Origin: Candidatus Omnitrophota bacterium
Lineage (GTDB): Bacteria; Omnitrophota; Gorgyraeia; JABMRG01; JAFGKX01
DNA length: 64,000 nt
Direction of reading: 5' to 3'
Assembly (NCBI GenBank): GCA_043797125.1
Contig: JAZDPX010000012.1
Location: 24,376 to 88,375, forward strand
Part shown: one piece after another, positions 19,078-29,498 of the stretch
Numbering within the stretch: position 1 is the stretch's first letter
How the letters are laid out: every line of letters starts with the position of its first letter
Translations under genes and position numbers: made by a program
The notes under the pieces: model-generated
Seen by the model: the letters and a program-made list of their open reading frames with translations, nothing else
Told to the model about the DNA's origin: nothing
Databases searched by the model: none

Positions 19078-19104
19078 TCGATGGTCGATGGTCGATGGTC
19101 GATA
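19078..19104. repeat. heptanucleotide tandem repeat (GTCGATG) x3.5 in the metK-ahcY spacer
   Basis: tcgatggtcgatggtcgatggtcgata directly follows the metK stop and precedes the ahcY RBS. Confidence 0.6.
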
Positions 19105-19121
19105 AGGAAGGGAATGCTTAT

Positions 19122-20378
19122 ATGAAATATGATGTTAAGGATTTAAAATTAGCAAAAAAGGGAAAGCTTCGTATCGAGTGGGCTGGCAATGATATGCCGG
19201 TCTTAAAACAGATTGCCGCGCGCTTTAAAAAAGAAAAACCGCTTAAAGGCGTGAATATCAGCTGTTGCCTGCATGTAACTACTGAAACAGCCAACCTTGT
19301 TTTAGCTTTAAAAGAGGCAGGGGCAAATGTCGCGCTTTGCGCGTCAAATCCTTTAAGCACGCAGGATGATGTTGCAGCCTCATTGGTGAAGGATTATCAT
19401 ATTTCCACATTTGCGATAAAAGGTGAAGACGCAAAAACATATTACAGGCATCTTAATAGCGTCCTGGATATAAAACCCAATGTTACAATGGATGACGGCG
19501 CTGATTTGGTTTCAGCCGTGCATAAAAAAAGGCGTAACCTATCTAAAAATATTTACGCCGGCACAGAGGAGACAACGACGGGAGTTATAAGATTGCGCAG
19601 CCTTCAGGAAAAAGGGCTTTTGCTTTTTCCTGTCATTGCTGTTAACGACGCAAAGACCAAGCATCTTTTTGATAACCGTTATGGCACAGGCCAGTCTACT
19701 ATAGACGGTATTATAAGAGCAACCAACAAGTTGCTGGCTGGCAGCACTTTTGTTGTGTGCGGTTATGGCTGGTGCGGAAGAGGAATAGCGATGAGGGCAA
19801 AGGGCTCCGGCGCTGATGTAATAGTAACCGAGGTGGATCCTTTGAAGGCGATAGAGGCGACTATGGATGGTTATCGGGTCATGCCGTTAAAACAGGCGGT
19901 AAGGCTGGCAGATATATTTGTTACTTCAACGGGCGATGTATCGGTAATATCAAAAGAACATTTCAAGCTTATGAAGAACGGGGCAATTATAGCGAACGCC
20001 GGCCATTTTAACGTTGAACTTGATATTGCAGCTTTGAAGTCGTTGAGTAAAAGCACAAGAACGGTAAGAGATTATAACGTGGAATTTACTTTAAAAAACA
20101 ACAGGAAGATTTACCTGTTAGGAGATGGCAGGCTGGTTAATCTTGCATGCGCAGAGGGGCATCCTGCCAGCGTCATGGATATGAGCTTTGCAAACCAGGC
20201 CTTAAGCGCCGAATATGTGGTAAAAAATAAATATAAATTAAAAATAGGGGTTTACGTTGTGCCAAAACATATCGATGAAAAAATCGCCTTTCTTAAGTTA
20301 AAATCCATGGGCGTAAATATTGATAAACTCACCAAGCAGCAGGAAAAATATCTTGCCAGCTGGGAGGCTGGAACATAG
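19122..20378 (+). CDS. ahcY: adenosylhomocysteinase
   Basis: SAHH N-terminus [17 protein letters not shown]-binding [30 protein letters not shown]. Start set at ATG 19122; the upstream in-frame start at 19095 lies within the repeat. Confidence 0.9.
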   Translation: MKYDVKDLKLAKKGKLRIEWAGNDMPVLKQIAARFKKEKPLKGVNISCCLHVTTETANLVLALKEAGANVALCASNPLSTQDDVAASLVKDYHISTFAIKGEDAKTYYRHLNSVLDIKPNVTMDDGADLVSAVHKKRRNLSKNIYAGTEETTTGVIRLRSLQEKGLLLFPVIAVNDAKTKHLFDNRYGTGQSTIDGIIRATNKLLAGSTFVVCGYGWCGRGIAMRAKGSGADVIVTEVDPLKAIEATMDGYRVMPLKQAVRLADIFVTSTGDVSVISKEHFKLMKNGAIIANAGHFNVELDIAALKSLSKSTRTVRDYNVEFTLKNNRKIYLLGDGRLVNLACAEGHPASVMDMSFANQALSAEYVVKNKYKLKIGVYVVPKHIDEKIAFLKLKSMGVNIDKLTKQQEKYLASWEAGT

Positions 20379-20387
20379 GAGATAAAA

Positions 20388-21479
20388 ATGGATCCACAAA
20401 ATTATTTAAAGATGATGCTGGATAAGGGGGCTTCAGATCTTTATTTTAAGGTAGGCAGCCCTCCATGCCTTAGGGTAAATGATGAGCTCAAGCTCTGCGA
20501 CGAAAATAGACTCAAACCCGAGGATACGGAAGCTGTCGCTAAGAAGATTATCGGTAAGGAGAAATTCGATGAGTTTATCCAGAAAAGAGAACTTGATGCA
20601 GCTTATAGCGTTTCTGGTGTGGGGAGATTCAGGGTTAATATGTATATACAAAGAGGTACCGTATCAATAACGCTGCGTTCTATCAAAAGCCAAATTTCAT
20701 CTTTTGCCGAATTAAATTTGCCTATAGATATAATGCAGAGGCTTTCCTCCTGCCAGAGGGGCCTTGTATTGATAACAGGGCATGCCGGCAGCGGCAAAAG
20801 CACCACGTTAGCGGCTATCATTGATTATATAAATGAAAATACAGCGAGGAATATAATAACCATAGAAGATCCCATTGAATTTTTACATCGCGATAAAAAA
20901 TCAATAATATCGCAAAGAGAAGTTGCTACAGATACCGATAGCTTCAACGTGGCATTGCGCCATGTTATACGCCAGTCTCCGGATGTGATACTTATCGGCG
21001 AAATGAGGGATTTAGAGAGCATACAGACAGCCATGATGGCGGCTGAGACGGGGCATTTGGTTTTAAGCACACTGCATACTGTTGATACAACCCAGACAAT
21101 CGAGAGGATTATTAATTATTTTCCGACCCACATGCATCATCAGATAAGGATGCAGTTCGCGCTTCTTTTCGCGGGTGTTATCTCAATGAGGCTTATTCCG
21201 CGTTGCGACAAACCCGGGCGCGTTCCCGCATGCGAAATAATGCTGCCGTCTCCCACGGTAAAAAAGATGATACACGAAGGCAGGATAAATGAGATAATAG
21301 ACGCCATTCAGGACGGCGCCATCTTTAGGATGCAGTCTTTCAATCAGGCGCTTATTGACTGGGTTAAGAAAGGCGTCGTAAGCAAAGAATCCGCTCTTGA
21401 AAACGCCAGTAACCCCGATGAGCTAAGGCTGGAATTTGCCGATATTTTTTCCGGCAAAAAAACACATGAAAAACAGTAA
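20388..21479 (+). CDS. pilT: PilT-family type IV pilus retraction ATPase (variant Walker A GHAGSGKST)
   Basis: T2SSE core with Asp and His boxes. Length and organisation are PilT-like. Confidence 0.8.
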   Translation: MDPQNYLKMMLDKGASDLYFKVGSPPCLRVNDELKLCDENRLKPEDTEAVAKKIIGKEKFDEFIQKRELDAAYSVSGVGRFRVNMYIQRGTVSITLRSIKSQISSFAELNLPIDIMQRLSSCQRGLVLITGHAGSGKSTTLAAIIDYINENTARNIITIEDPIEFLHRDKKSIISQREVATDTDSFNVALRHVIRQSPDVILIGEMRDLESIQTAMMAAETGHLVLSTLHTVDTTQTIERIINYFPTHMHHQIRMQFALLFAGVISMRLIPRCDKPGRVPACEIMLPSPTVKKMIHEGRINEIIDAIQDGAIFRMQSFNQALIDWVKKGVVSKESALENASNPDELRLEFADIFSGKKTHEKQ

Positions 21480-21493
21480 GAGAGGAGTTTGAA

Positions 21494-22543
21494 ATGCTGG
21501 ATATTAAGGATCTTTTAAGGCACGCTTCGGAAAAAGGCGCTTCTGATTTGCATATTACGCAGGACATGCCACCTATGTTGAGAATAGACGGAGAATTGCA
21601 CACAACAGCATTTGATATTTTGAACAGAGAGCAGACCAAAAAAATGGTTTATGGTATTTTAAATGATAAGCAGAAAGTGAGGTTCGAGGAAAATCTAGAA
21701 CTGGATCTTTCCCTTTATGTGCCGGATTTGTGCCGTTTTAGGGTAAACGTGCACATGCAAAAAGGCAGCGTCGAGGCGGCATTCAGGGTTATACCGAATA
21801 CCGTGCAGACCGTAGAAAAACTGGGCCTTCCCCGCATAGTATCTGAATTGGCAAGGCTGCCAAACGGGCTTGTGCTGGTAACAGGGCCCACAGGAGTAGG
21901 CAAGAGCACAACGCTCGCTTCTATGGTGGACCAGGTTAACAATGAAAGGCACTGCCATATTATCAGCGTAGAAGATCCGATAGAATATGTGCATCAGAAT
22001 AAAAACAGCATAGTGAAGCAAAGAGAGGTGGGTATTGATACCTTGTCTTTTTCCAACGCGCTAAAGCACGCGCTCAGGCAGGACCCTAACGTTATATTGG
22101 TAGGCGAAATGAGGGATCTGGAAACCATATCTACGGCAATAACAGCTGCTGAAACAGGGCATCTAGTGTTAAGCACTCTTCATACGCCTGATGCCCCGCA
22201 GACCATAGACAGGCTTATAGATATATTTCCTCCTCATCAGCAGGAACAGATAAAAGTGCAGCTATCAGGCTGTTTTCAGGGAGTTATATGCCAGCAGCTG
22301 CTTGTAAGAAAAGATGGCAGGGGAAGGATTCCTTCGTGCGAGATAATGACAGGTACATCAGCGGTCAGAAGCCTTATACGGGAGCACAAGACAGAACAGC
22401 TTATGACAGTTATACAGACAAGCGGCAAGCACGGCATGATAACGATGGATAAATCCATAAAAAAGCTGTATCTAGACGGCCTGATAGATCTTGAGACAGC
22501 GCATGATAAAATAAAAGACAAGGCAGAGTTTGAAAAGTTATGA
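21494..22543 (+). CDS. pilT: PilT/PilU-family twitching motility ATPase
   Basis: Walker A GPTGVGKSTT, Asp and His boxes. The AVRSLIRE motif near the C-terminus resembles the PilT AIRNLIRE signature. Confidence 0.85.
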   Translation: MLDIKDLLRHASEKGASDLHITQDMPPMLRIDGELHTTAFDILNREQTKKMVYGILNDKQKVRFEENLELDLSLYVPDLCRFRVNVHMQKGSVEAAFRVIPNTVQTVEKLGLPRIVSELARLPNGLVLVTGPTGVGKSTTLASMVDQVNNERHCHIISVEDPIEYVHQNKNSIVKQREVGIDTLSFSNALKHALRQDPNVILVGEMRDLETISTAITAAETGHLVLSTLHTPDAPQTIDRLIDIFPPHQQEQIKVQLSGCFQGVICQQLLVRKDGRGRIPSCEIMTGTSAVRSLIREHKTEQLMTVIQTSGKHGMITMDKSIKKLYLDGLIDLETAHDKIKDKAEFEKL

Positions 22544-23529
22544 GCAGGATTAAAAGAATAGCGGTTTTAACCAGCGGCGGCGATTGTTCAGGGATGAATG
22601 CGGCAATAAGAGCTGTGGTAAGGTGCGCCATATTCAACGGGCTTTCCGTATTTGGCGTTATGCGCGGCTATGAAGGTTTAATAAAAGGAGACATGAAGCA
22701 GTTAAACAGGCGCTCTGTCAGCAACATCATAAATATGGGCGGTACAATTCTCAAGACGGCGCGAAGCAAAGAATTTATGACAAAAAACGGCCAGCGCAAG
22801 GCATTAAGACAGATAGCGAAATTTAAAATAGACGGTTTAGCCATAATAGGCGGCGACGGTTCTTTTAGAGGGGCGCACATTCTATGCGCCGATTATGGAG
22901 TACGCTGCATAGGCATACCCGGAACCATAGATAATGATATTAACGGAACAGACTTTACTATTGGTTCAGATACAGCGGTCAATGTTGCGCTGGATGCCAT
23001 AGATAAAATAAGAGATACTGTTAGCAGCCTGGAAAGGATTTTTGTAGTCGAAATTATGGGCAGAGAATGCGGTTATATAGCGGCAAGGGTTGCTCTTGCA
23101 GGCGGCGCGGAAGATGTATTAATGCCGGAGATGAAATTTGACATGAGCAAAATATGCAGAGAAATAAATGCCGCGCACAAAAAGGGCAAGCTAAGCTGGA
23201 TTCTGCTGGTTGCCGAGGGAGTTGGAAGCGCGCATGAAGTTGCCAAGATTGTTCAGAAAAAAACAGGTTACGAAACAAGGGTTACGGTGCTTGGCCACAT
23301 ACAAAGAGGGGGCCGGCCCACCGCGCAGGATAGAATTTTAGCTGCAAGGTTAGGCGCAAAGGCTGTAGAACTTTTAATACAGGGTGAAAGCGATAAAATG
23401 GCGGGTATTGTATCGGACCGGGTAATGGCAGTAGACCTTGAATTTGCCTGTAACCAAAAATCTAATGTAGAAGAGAATACAAAGAAAAATATAGAGTTGT
23501 ATAAACTGACAAAGATTTTAGAGGCGTAA
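22540..23529 (+). CDS. pfkA: ATP-dependent 6-phosphofructokinase
   Basis: IAVLTSGGDCSGMNAAIRAVV, IGGDGS, GIPGTIDND. Confidence 0.9.
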   Translation: MSRIKRIAVLTSGGDCSGMNAAIRAVVRCAIFNGLSVFGVMRGYEGLIKGDMKQLNRRSVSNIINMGGTILKTARSKEFMTKNGQRKALRQIAKFKIDGLAIIGGDGSFRGAHILCADYGVRCIGIPGTIDNDINGTDFTIGSDTAVNVALDAIDKIRDTVSSLERIFVVEIMGRECGYIAARVALAGGAEDVLMPEMKFDMSKICREINAAHKKGKLSWILLVAEGVGSAHEVAKIVQKKTGYETRVTVLGHIQRGGRPTAQDRILAARLGAKAVELLIQGESDKMAGIVSDRVMAVDLEFACNQKSNVEENTKKNIELYKLTKILEA

Positions 23530-23534
23530 AGAGT

Positions 23535-24626
23535 TTAAGCCGGCGCTTTTTTGATAAGCATAACAGCAATTGTAAAGAATACAACATTCGGAAGATGAAC
23601 AGCAATAAGCGGCGGTAAAAAATTTCCCTTTCCTAAAGACAAGCAGACCCCTATAAATCCATAATATAACAATCCCGCTATTATACTTATCCCCATACTC
23701 GCGGCAACGCCTCCCCTGACCGTAGTTAAGGAAAAAGGGATGCCTAAGAGTATCATTATAAAAACGCAAAATGGCAGCGCTAATTTAAAATAAAGGTCTG
23801 TCCTTAACCGGTCAATAGTTTTTTTATCAGCGCCTTTGACTCTGTTTATATATATCTTAAGCTGAGAGTAATTCATGTAGGTGGCCGCGCCCTCACCTTT
23901 TAGAAGATCAGAGGGTTTATCAGGAAGCCTTACAACCTTTTTATTGAAAGTCAAAACTTGTCCCCTGGGGTGGCCGAACTCGTCAAAGCGGTATACTATC
24001 ACGTCGTAAAATGTCCATTTTTCATTAAACCAAACCCCGTACCTCGCAAGTATTTTTCGTTTTAATTTTTGATCCTTGTCATGTTCGAGTATTATGACTT
24101 CGTCGAGCCTGTTGGTGGCGGGGTTAAAGCCCTTTGCATATATCATCTGGGAAGCTTTTCCGTAAACGGTCAGATTTTTGACTGACTTTAATTCTTTATC
24201 TTTTTTATTGGATTCTATATATTCTGTTTTTATTTTTTCCGATACCAAGGCCCCCTTTGGCGCGATATTTTCATTTACATAGAATATGCCTAGACAGATT
24301 ATTATGCCGATAACGAATATGGGCCGCATTGTCGCAAATATGTTTATGCCGCTTGCCTTCATAGCGGTTAATTCGTTATTCTTGTTCATGGCGCTTAAAA
24401 CATAAACTGTTGCTAAAAGCCCTGCCAGAGGGGTTGTCTGCACAAATATGAGAGGGCTGAAGGAAATATAGAATCGCGCCAAAATTTCAAGAGGCACTCT
24501 ATTTTTGAGTATTTCATCCATGTGCCCCAGCATATCAGCGATAATAAAAAGCAGATAGAATACTGTAAGGCAGTAGAAAAGGGAAGACACAAAGCCTTTA
24601 ACTATATATTTATCCAGTATCTTCAT
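23535..24626 (-). CDS. LptF/LptG-family LPS export permease (YjgP/YjgQ)
   Basis: Six-TM topology with a central periplasmic beta-jellyroll region. Tandem with a paralog. Confidence 0.7.
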   Translation of the reverse strand: MKILDKYIVKGFVSSLFYCLTVFYLLFIIADMLGHMDEILKNRVPLEILARFYISFSPLIFVQTTPLAGLLATVYVLSAMNKNNELTAMKASGINIFATMRPIFVIGIIICLGIFYVNENIAPKGALVSEKIKTEYIESNKKDKELKSVKNLTVYGKASQMIYAKGFNPATNRLDEVIILEHDKDQKLKRKILARYGVWFNEKWTFYDVIVYRFDEFGHPRGQVLTFNKKVVRLPDKPSDLLKGEGAATYMNYSQLKIYINRVKGADKKTIDRLRTDLYFKLALPFCVFIMILLGIPFSLTTVRGGVAASMGISIIAGLLYYGFIGVCLSLGKGNFLPPLIAVHLPNVVFFTIAVMLIKKAPA

Positions 24627-24699
24627 CCCGCACCTTTTTTATATTTCTTCCGCACCCTTTTAATATTCATCGCTGAATACCAAAAAGGTGCGGGATTAA

Positions 24700-25794
24700 C
24701 TAACACTCCGCTATCCTTACATAAAGCGAAATACCGGCAGCCAAAAATATGACATTCGCTGCCCACAGGCCTAAATAAGGCGGCATGATTTCCTTAAGCG
24801 CCAAAGCCTCCCCTGCTATAAATATGCCGTAATAACTCAGCATAATAATCAGGCTTAAGCCGAAGGCTACGGATTTTTCTCGTCTCCTTGTATTTATCGC
24901 AATAGGCAGCCCTACCAGCGCGAATACAAAACTTGAAAATGCCAGGGCTATCTTTTTGTGTATTTCAATTATAAGCGGCGTGGGCTTTATATTAGATGCC
25001 TTCATTGTGAGGGCCTCGGCTTTAAGCTCCTTTATCGACATATCTTTCGGTTTTTTTGTAACGTTAACATCTACAAGTTCTTCAGAAAGGTCCAGGGTGA
25101 GATTATAGTTTTTAAAATTTACCTTATAATAAAGATTAGGATTTTTGGGGTTTGGTTCATCGATTGTTCCGTTTATCAATTTTAGCAACACCGTGCTTTT
25201 TTCCGGGAATGTTGTTATTTCGCCTCCCTGCGCTATAATGGTCCTTGTGGGATTATCTTCCTGCAGTCTGTATACCCTGATATTTTCAAGCTTGTTCCCG
25301 TTTATGCCGTATATAAATATGATATGGTCTTTAAAGTCTTTGATAAAAACCCCGGGCTCAAGATAAGCTATCGGGTTCTTAAGGCCGATTTCTTTTACCG
25401 TCTTGTTTATAAAATAATGAGACCTGGTAATTATGGTGTCATTTAGATAAACCTGAAAAAGGCTCAATATAAACGCAAACACTATTACAGGAAACCCTAT
25501 TCTATATATACTTATGCCGCTCGCCTTCATAGCAACCACTTCATTATCAGATGCCAGCCTGCCAAAACACATTACTATTGAAGCGAGTATGGCCATGGGC
25601 AGCGTATAACTTAGCAGGTATGGTATGAAGGCCGAAAAGACCTTTGCCATCAGGATAGGGTTTACGCCTTTATTGATGACCATGTCCGTCATCTTCATGA
25701 CATTGCCTATTACCATCACAAAAGTGAACACCGCCAGAGATATGAAAAACGGCCCCAGCAGTTCTTTTAGCACATAATTTCTCAATGTCCTCAT
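24700..25794 (-). CDS. LptF/LptG-family LPS export permease (YjgP/YjgQ)
   Basis: Paralogous to the adjacent gene. The pair implies an outer membrane with LPS. Confidence 0.7.
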   Translation of the reverse strand: MRTLRNYVLKELLGPFFISLAVFTFVMVIGNVMKMTDMVINKGVNPILMAKVFSAFIPYLLSYTLPMAILASIVMCFGRLASDNEVVAMKASGISIYRIGFPVIVFAFILSLFQVYLNDTIITRSHYFINKTVKEIGLKNPIAYLEPGVFIKDFKDHIIFIYGINGNKLENIRVYRLQEDNPTRTIIAQGGEITTFPEKSTVLLKLINGTIDEPNPKNPNLYYKVNFKNYNLTLDLSEELVDVNVTKKPKDMSIKELKAEALTMKASNIKPTPLIIEIHKKIALAFSSFVFALVGLPIAINTRRREKSVAFGLSLIIMLSYYGIFIAGEALALKEIMPPYLGLWAANVIFLAAGISLYVRIAEC

Positions 25795-25798
25795 TTAT

Positions 25799-26599
25799 TT
25801 ACAGCCCTCTCGCCAATGTTAACAGAAACACCGATTTAGTTCCGGCCTTTTTTAAAACAGATGCGCATTCGTCGGCAGTGGCAAACGTGGTTGCAACATC
25901 GTCCACTAGCAGCACAGCCTTTTTGTTAAATATATTTTTGTCTTTAACGGAAAACGCGCCTTTAATATTGTCCATGCGCTGAAACCTGCTTAAATGCGTC
26001 TGCTGGGCGGTGTATCTGTTCCTTTTTAACGCATTATAAACAAGCGGCAGATTGAATATGTTAGATACGCGGCTGGATATAAGCAGCGATTGGTCAAACC
26101 CTCTTTCGCGTATTTTTCTTTTGTGCAGCGGAACAGGCACTACCATATCTATGGCCTGTGTATCCATGTGCGTTTTTATGAATTGCGTCATTAATTCATC
26201 AAACAGGCAGACCAGGTATCTGTTTTGTTTATATTTAAAATTGTGTATAAGTTCTTTAATCAGCCCGTCGTAATTACAGCAGGAAAACGCCTTATCAAAG
26301 CTGTAATTTGTTCCCATGCATTCTCCGCATACTGCGCTTAAGTTTACCGCGCCGCACAAAGAATGGCCGCATCTTATGCAGAACGGAGGCTTGTTTATTG
26401 TTATGGTTTTAAAGCAGCTTTCGCACAGGTACAATTTATTTTTGTAATCGAGGCTCTTGCCGCAGCCTTGGCAATTTTTTGGATAGATCAAATTCAAAAA
26501 TGCCAAAAAGGCATCTTTTGCCGGGTTTACAACTGTCAACATAGAGGATAATATAACACTAATTATTAGAGATGTCAAAAGGAGATTTTTCTCTTGCAT
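25799..26599 (-). CDS. comF: ComF/ComFC-family competence protein (zinc-ribbon plus phosphoribosyltransferase domain)
   Basis: N-terminal CQGCGKSL...CESC and CIRCGH...CGEC zinc ribbons. C-terminal PRTase motif VLLVDDVATTFATADE. Confidence 0.7.
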   Translation of the reverse strand: MQEKNLLLTSLIISVILSSMLTVVNPAKDAFLAFLNLIYPKNCQGCGKSLDYKNKLYLCESCFKTITINKPPFCIRCGHSLCGAVNLSAVCGECMGTNYSFDKAFSCCNYDGLIKELIHNFKYKQNRYLVCLFDELMTQFIKTHMDTQAIDMVVPVPLHKRKIRERGFDQSLLISSRVSNIFNLPLVYNALKRNRYTAQQTHLSRFQRMDNIKGAFSVKDKNIFNKKAVLLVDDVATTFATADECASVLKKAGTKSVFLLTLARGL

Positions 26600-26644
26600 A
26601 ATGGCGTATATTGATTATAATAGGCAAAAACAGAGGAGGCGGTC

Positions 26645-27571
26645 ATGGCGCTTATATCATCAAAACAAATGTTTCAAAAGGCACTAAAGGAAAACTACGC
26701 AGTAGGGGCTTTTAATGTAAATAATATGGAGATAATACAGGGTATAACCGAGGCCGTAAAAGAAGAAAAGGCCCCGCTTATACTGCAGTTTTCAGCAGGC
26801 GCGCGCAAATATGCAAAACATGTATACCTCATGCACCTTGTAGAAGCTGCGATTGAGGACACGGGCCTGGATATCGTCCTGCACCTTGACCACGGCGAGG
26901 ATTTCCAGATATGCAAGTCGTGCATTGACGGCGGGTTTACATCAGTCATGATAGATGCGTCAAAACACCCGCTTGGTGAAAACATCAGGATTACAAAAGA
27001 GGTAGTGGATTACGCGCACTCAAAAGGCGTTGTGGTTGAAGCGGAATTAGGCAGGCTCCAGGGAGTGGAAGATAACGTATCCGTTTCCGAAAAAGAAGCT
27101 ATATTAGTGCACCCTGATGAAGCAGAAGAATTTGTCAAAAAAACGCATTGCGATTCTCTGGCAATAGCCATTGGAACCAGCCATGGGGCATACAAGTTTA
27201 AAGGCGAAGCGAAGCTGCATTTTGACAGGCTGGCAGAAGTTGAAAAACGCTTGCCCAATTTCCCGCTTGTCCTGCATGGTGCTTCAAGCGTCTTGGATGA
27301 GTATGTGAAGATATGCAATCAATACGGCGGAAAGCTTCCCGGAGCAAAGGGCGTGCCCGAGGAAATGATTTCCAAGGCAGCGAAGATGAATGTTTGTAAG
27401 GTTAATATTGATACTGACTTGCGTCTGGCCATGACTGCCATGATAAGAAAACAGTTTGTCGAGGATCCAAGCAACTTTGATCCCAGAAAATATTTAACTC
27501 CCGCAAGAGACGCGATAAAACAGGTTGTAAAACAGAAATTGCAGGTGTTAGGCTGTGTTGGTAAGGCATAA
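26645..27571 (+). CDS. fba: class II fructose-bisphosphate aldolase
   Basis: YAVGAFNVNNME, LHLDHG, IAIGTSHGAYKF, GASSV. Confidence 0.9.
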   Translation: MALISSKQMFQKALKENYAVGAFNVNNMEIIQGITEAVKEEKAPLILQFSAGARKYAKHVYLMHLVEAAIEDTGLDIVLHLDHGEDFQICKSCIDGGFTSVMIDASKHPLGENIRITKEVVDYAHSKGVVVEAELGRLQGVEDNVSVSEKEAILVHPDEAEEFVKKTHCDSLAIAIGTSHGAYKFKGEAKLHFDRLAEVEKRLPNFPLVLHGASSVLDEYVKICNQYGGKLPGAKGVPEEMISKAAKMNVCKVNIDTDLRLAMTAMIRKQFVEDPSNFDPRKYLTPARDAIKQVVKQKLQVLGCVGKA

Positions 27572-27583
27572 CGATAATATAGA

Positions 27584-28402
27584 ATGAAAAAGGCCATAGC
27601 TGTTCTTTTGCTTTTTGTCTGGGCATATGTATTATTTGAAAAAGGTTATTTATTAAATCAGAAAAATTTTACATTTCCAACGTTAACCCTAACGCCGGTA
27701 TCGATACCGGTGCCTGTGCCTATTCCGACATTTAAGATTATAGAGAAGCCGGAAGAACCTATCTCGCCTCCAGAGGAACAACAACCCCCGTTTCAAGCCC
27801 AAGAGACTTTTAATTTTTTCTATTCAATGGGCCCGATAAGAGCCGGAAGCGCCAAGCTTACCTTTGTAGGCAAGGTTGACTTTGAAGGCAAAGACAGCTT
27901 CCTTATAAACTTTGAAAGCAAAGTCGGGGTTTTCTATGATTTTGAAAAAATTTACACTGACCCTGAAACATTTTACCCGTTATATGTGCATAGAAATATC
28001 AACAACTTAGGTTTTTCCAATATTATAGAGGAAAGGTATGATCAGGTAAATTATAAGGTAGAGATTATTAAACGCGGCATCTTTGGAAAAAAAAGCGATG
28101 TTATAAAAAAACACGCGCCCATCCAAAACGCCGTCCTTCTTATATATTCCTGCAGGAGGCTTGAACTTGCAAAATTAAAGCCTGGCTATGAATTCTATGT
28201 TCAGCTGCCGGTCGATGAATTCAAGGTGATATTTAGAAAAATAAATAAAATTAAAACTCCTGCCGGCGCTTTTAATGCGTACTTGTTTGAGACCGAACCT
28301 GAAAAAATAAGGCTATGGATAAGCACAGACGCCAAACACATACCATTGAAGATGGAAAATCTTACTTCGTTGGGGCCTTCCTCCATTGTTTTTGAAGACT
28401 AA
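27584..28402 (+). CDS. secreted hypothetical protein, possibly DUF3108 family
   Basis: Signal peptide followed by a Pro-rich linker. YSMGPIRAGSAKLTF resembles the DUF3108 N-terminus. Confidence 0.4.
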   Translation: MKKAIAVLLLFVWAYVLFEKGYLLNQKNFTFPTLTLTPVSIPVPVPIPTFKIIEKPEEPISPPEEQQPPFQAQETFNFFYSMGPIRAGSAKLTFVGKVDFEGKDSFLINFESKVGVFYDFEKIYTDPETFYPLYVHRNINNLGFSNIIEERYDQVNYKVEIIKRGIFGKKSDVIKKHAPIQNAVLLIYSCRRLELAKLKPGYEFYVQLPVDEFKVIFRKINKIKTPAGAFNAYLFETEPEKIRLWISTDAKHIPLKMENLTSLGPSSIVFED

Positions 28403-28409
28403 ACCTTAG

Positions 28410-29498
28410 ATGAAAAAAAGAGCGGTTGTTGCGATGAGCGGCGGCGTTGATTCCTCCACCGCAGCCTATTTATTGTTAAAAAAAGGCTACGATGTTATCG
28501 GAATAAGCCTTAAACTTTTTAACTCGCAAGACAGTAAAGAGCCAACTCAAGGTAGAAAGGCCTGCTGCGGCATACAAGGGATAAATGACGCAAGGGCTGT
28601 AGCGCTTAAGTTAGGCATTCCTTTCTACGCGCTTAATTATGTTGAAGAATTCAAGGCAGGTGTCATAGATTATTTTTTAAATGAATATAAAAACGCAAGG
28701 ACGCCGAATCCTTGCGTTATGTGCAACGAAATAATAAAGTTTGACAGCCTCTTAAAAAAGGCAAAGTCCCTTGGCGCAGATTTCATTGCCACAGGCCATT
28801 ACGCGAAAGTCGGTTACGATAAAAAAGTAAAAAGGTACATTCTTAAAAAAGCCAAAGACATTCGCAAGGACCAGTCGTATTTTTTATTCTCTCTGCCTCA
28901 GGAGTCGCTTAAGCATACTATTTTTCCGCTGGCGGATTTTACTAAACACCAGGTGCGCAGGGTAGCTAAAAAAATCGGAATCAAGGTTTACAATAAACCT
29001 GCCAGTCATGAGATTTGTTTTATCCCGGATAATAACTACAGGGATTTTCTTATAAAGAATGATCCGGCAATAGCAAACCCGGGGCCGATAATTGACAGGC
29101 AAGGGAAGGTTTTGAGCTCTCATAAAGGCATAGGGTTTTACACGGTAGGCCAGAGAAGGGGCCTTGGCATCTGGGGTAAACACCCTCTTTATGTAATTGC
29201 ATTGGACGGCAAAAGAAACACGGTTATAGTCGGTGAAAAAAAAGATTTATATTCCAAGAGGTTAATAGCAAAAAGAGTTAATTGGATAGCGATTAGCGGC
29301 CTTGATAAGCCGCTAAAAGTCAAGGCGCAGGTCAGGTATAATCAGCCGCCTTCATGGGCAGTTGTATCAAAAATTGATAAAGATAAGGTAGCAGTTGATT
29401 TCCTCAGACACGAGGAGGCAGTTACCCCAGGTCAGGCTGTTGTGTTCTATCACAATAACGTTGTTTTAGGCGGCGGCATTATTGAAAACGGAGCTTAA
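28410..29498 (+). CDS. mnmA: tRNA-specific 2-thiouridylase
   Basis: PP-loop AMSGGVDSS. Catalytic cysteines in NPCVMCNEIIKF and CF. Confidence 0.9.
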   Translation: MKKRAVVAMSGGVDSSTAAYLLLKKGYDVIGISLKLFNSQDSKEPTQGRKACCGIQGINDARAVALKLGIPFYALNYVEEFKAGVIDYFLNEYKNARTPNPCVMCNEIIKFDSLLKKAKSLGADFIATGHYAKVGYDKKVKRYILKKAKDIRKDQSYFLFSLPQESLKHTIFPLADFTKHQVRRVAKKIGIKVYNKPASHEICFIPDNNYRDFLIKNDPAIANPGPIIDRQGKVLSSHKGIGFYTVGQRRGLGIWGKHPLYVIALDGKRNTVIVGEKKDLYSKRLIAKRVNWIAISGLDKPLKVKAQVRYNQPPSWAVVSKIDKDKVAVDFLRHEEAVTPGQAVVFYHNNVVLGGGIIENGA

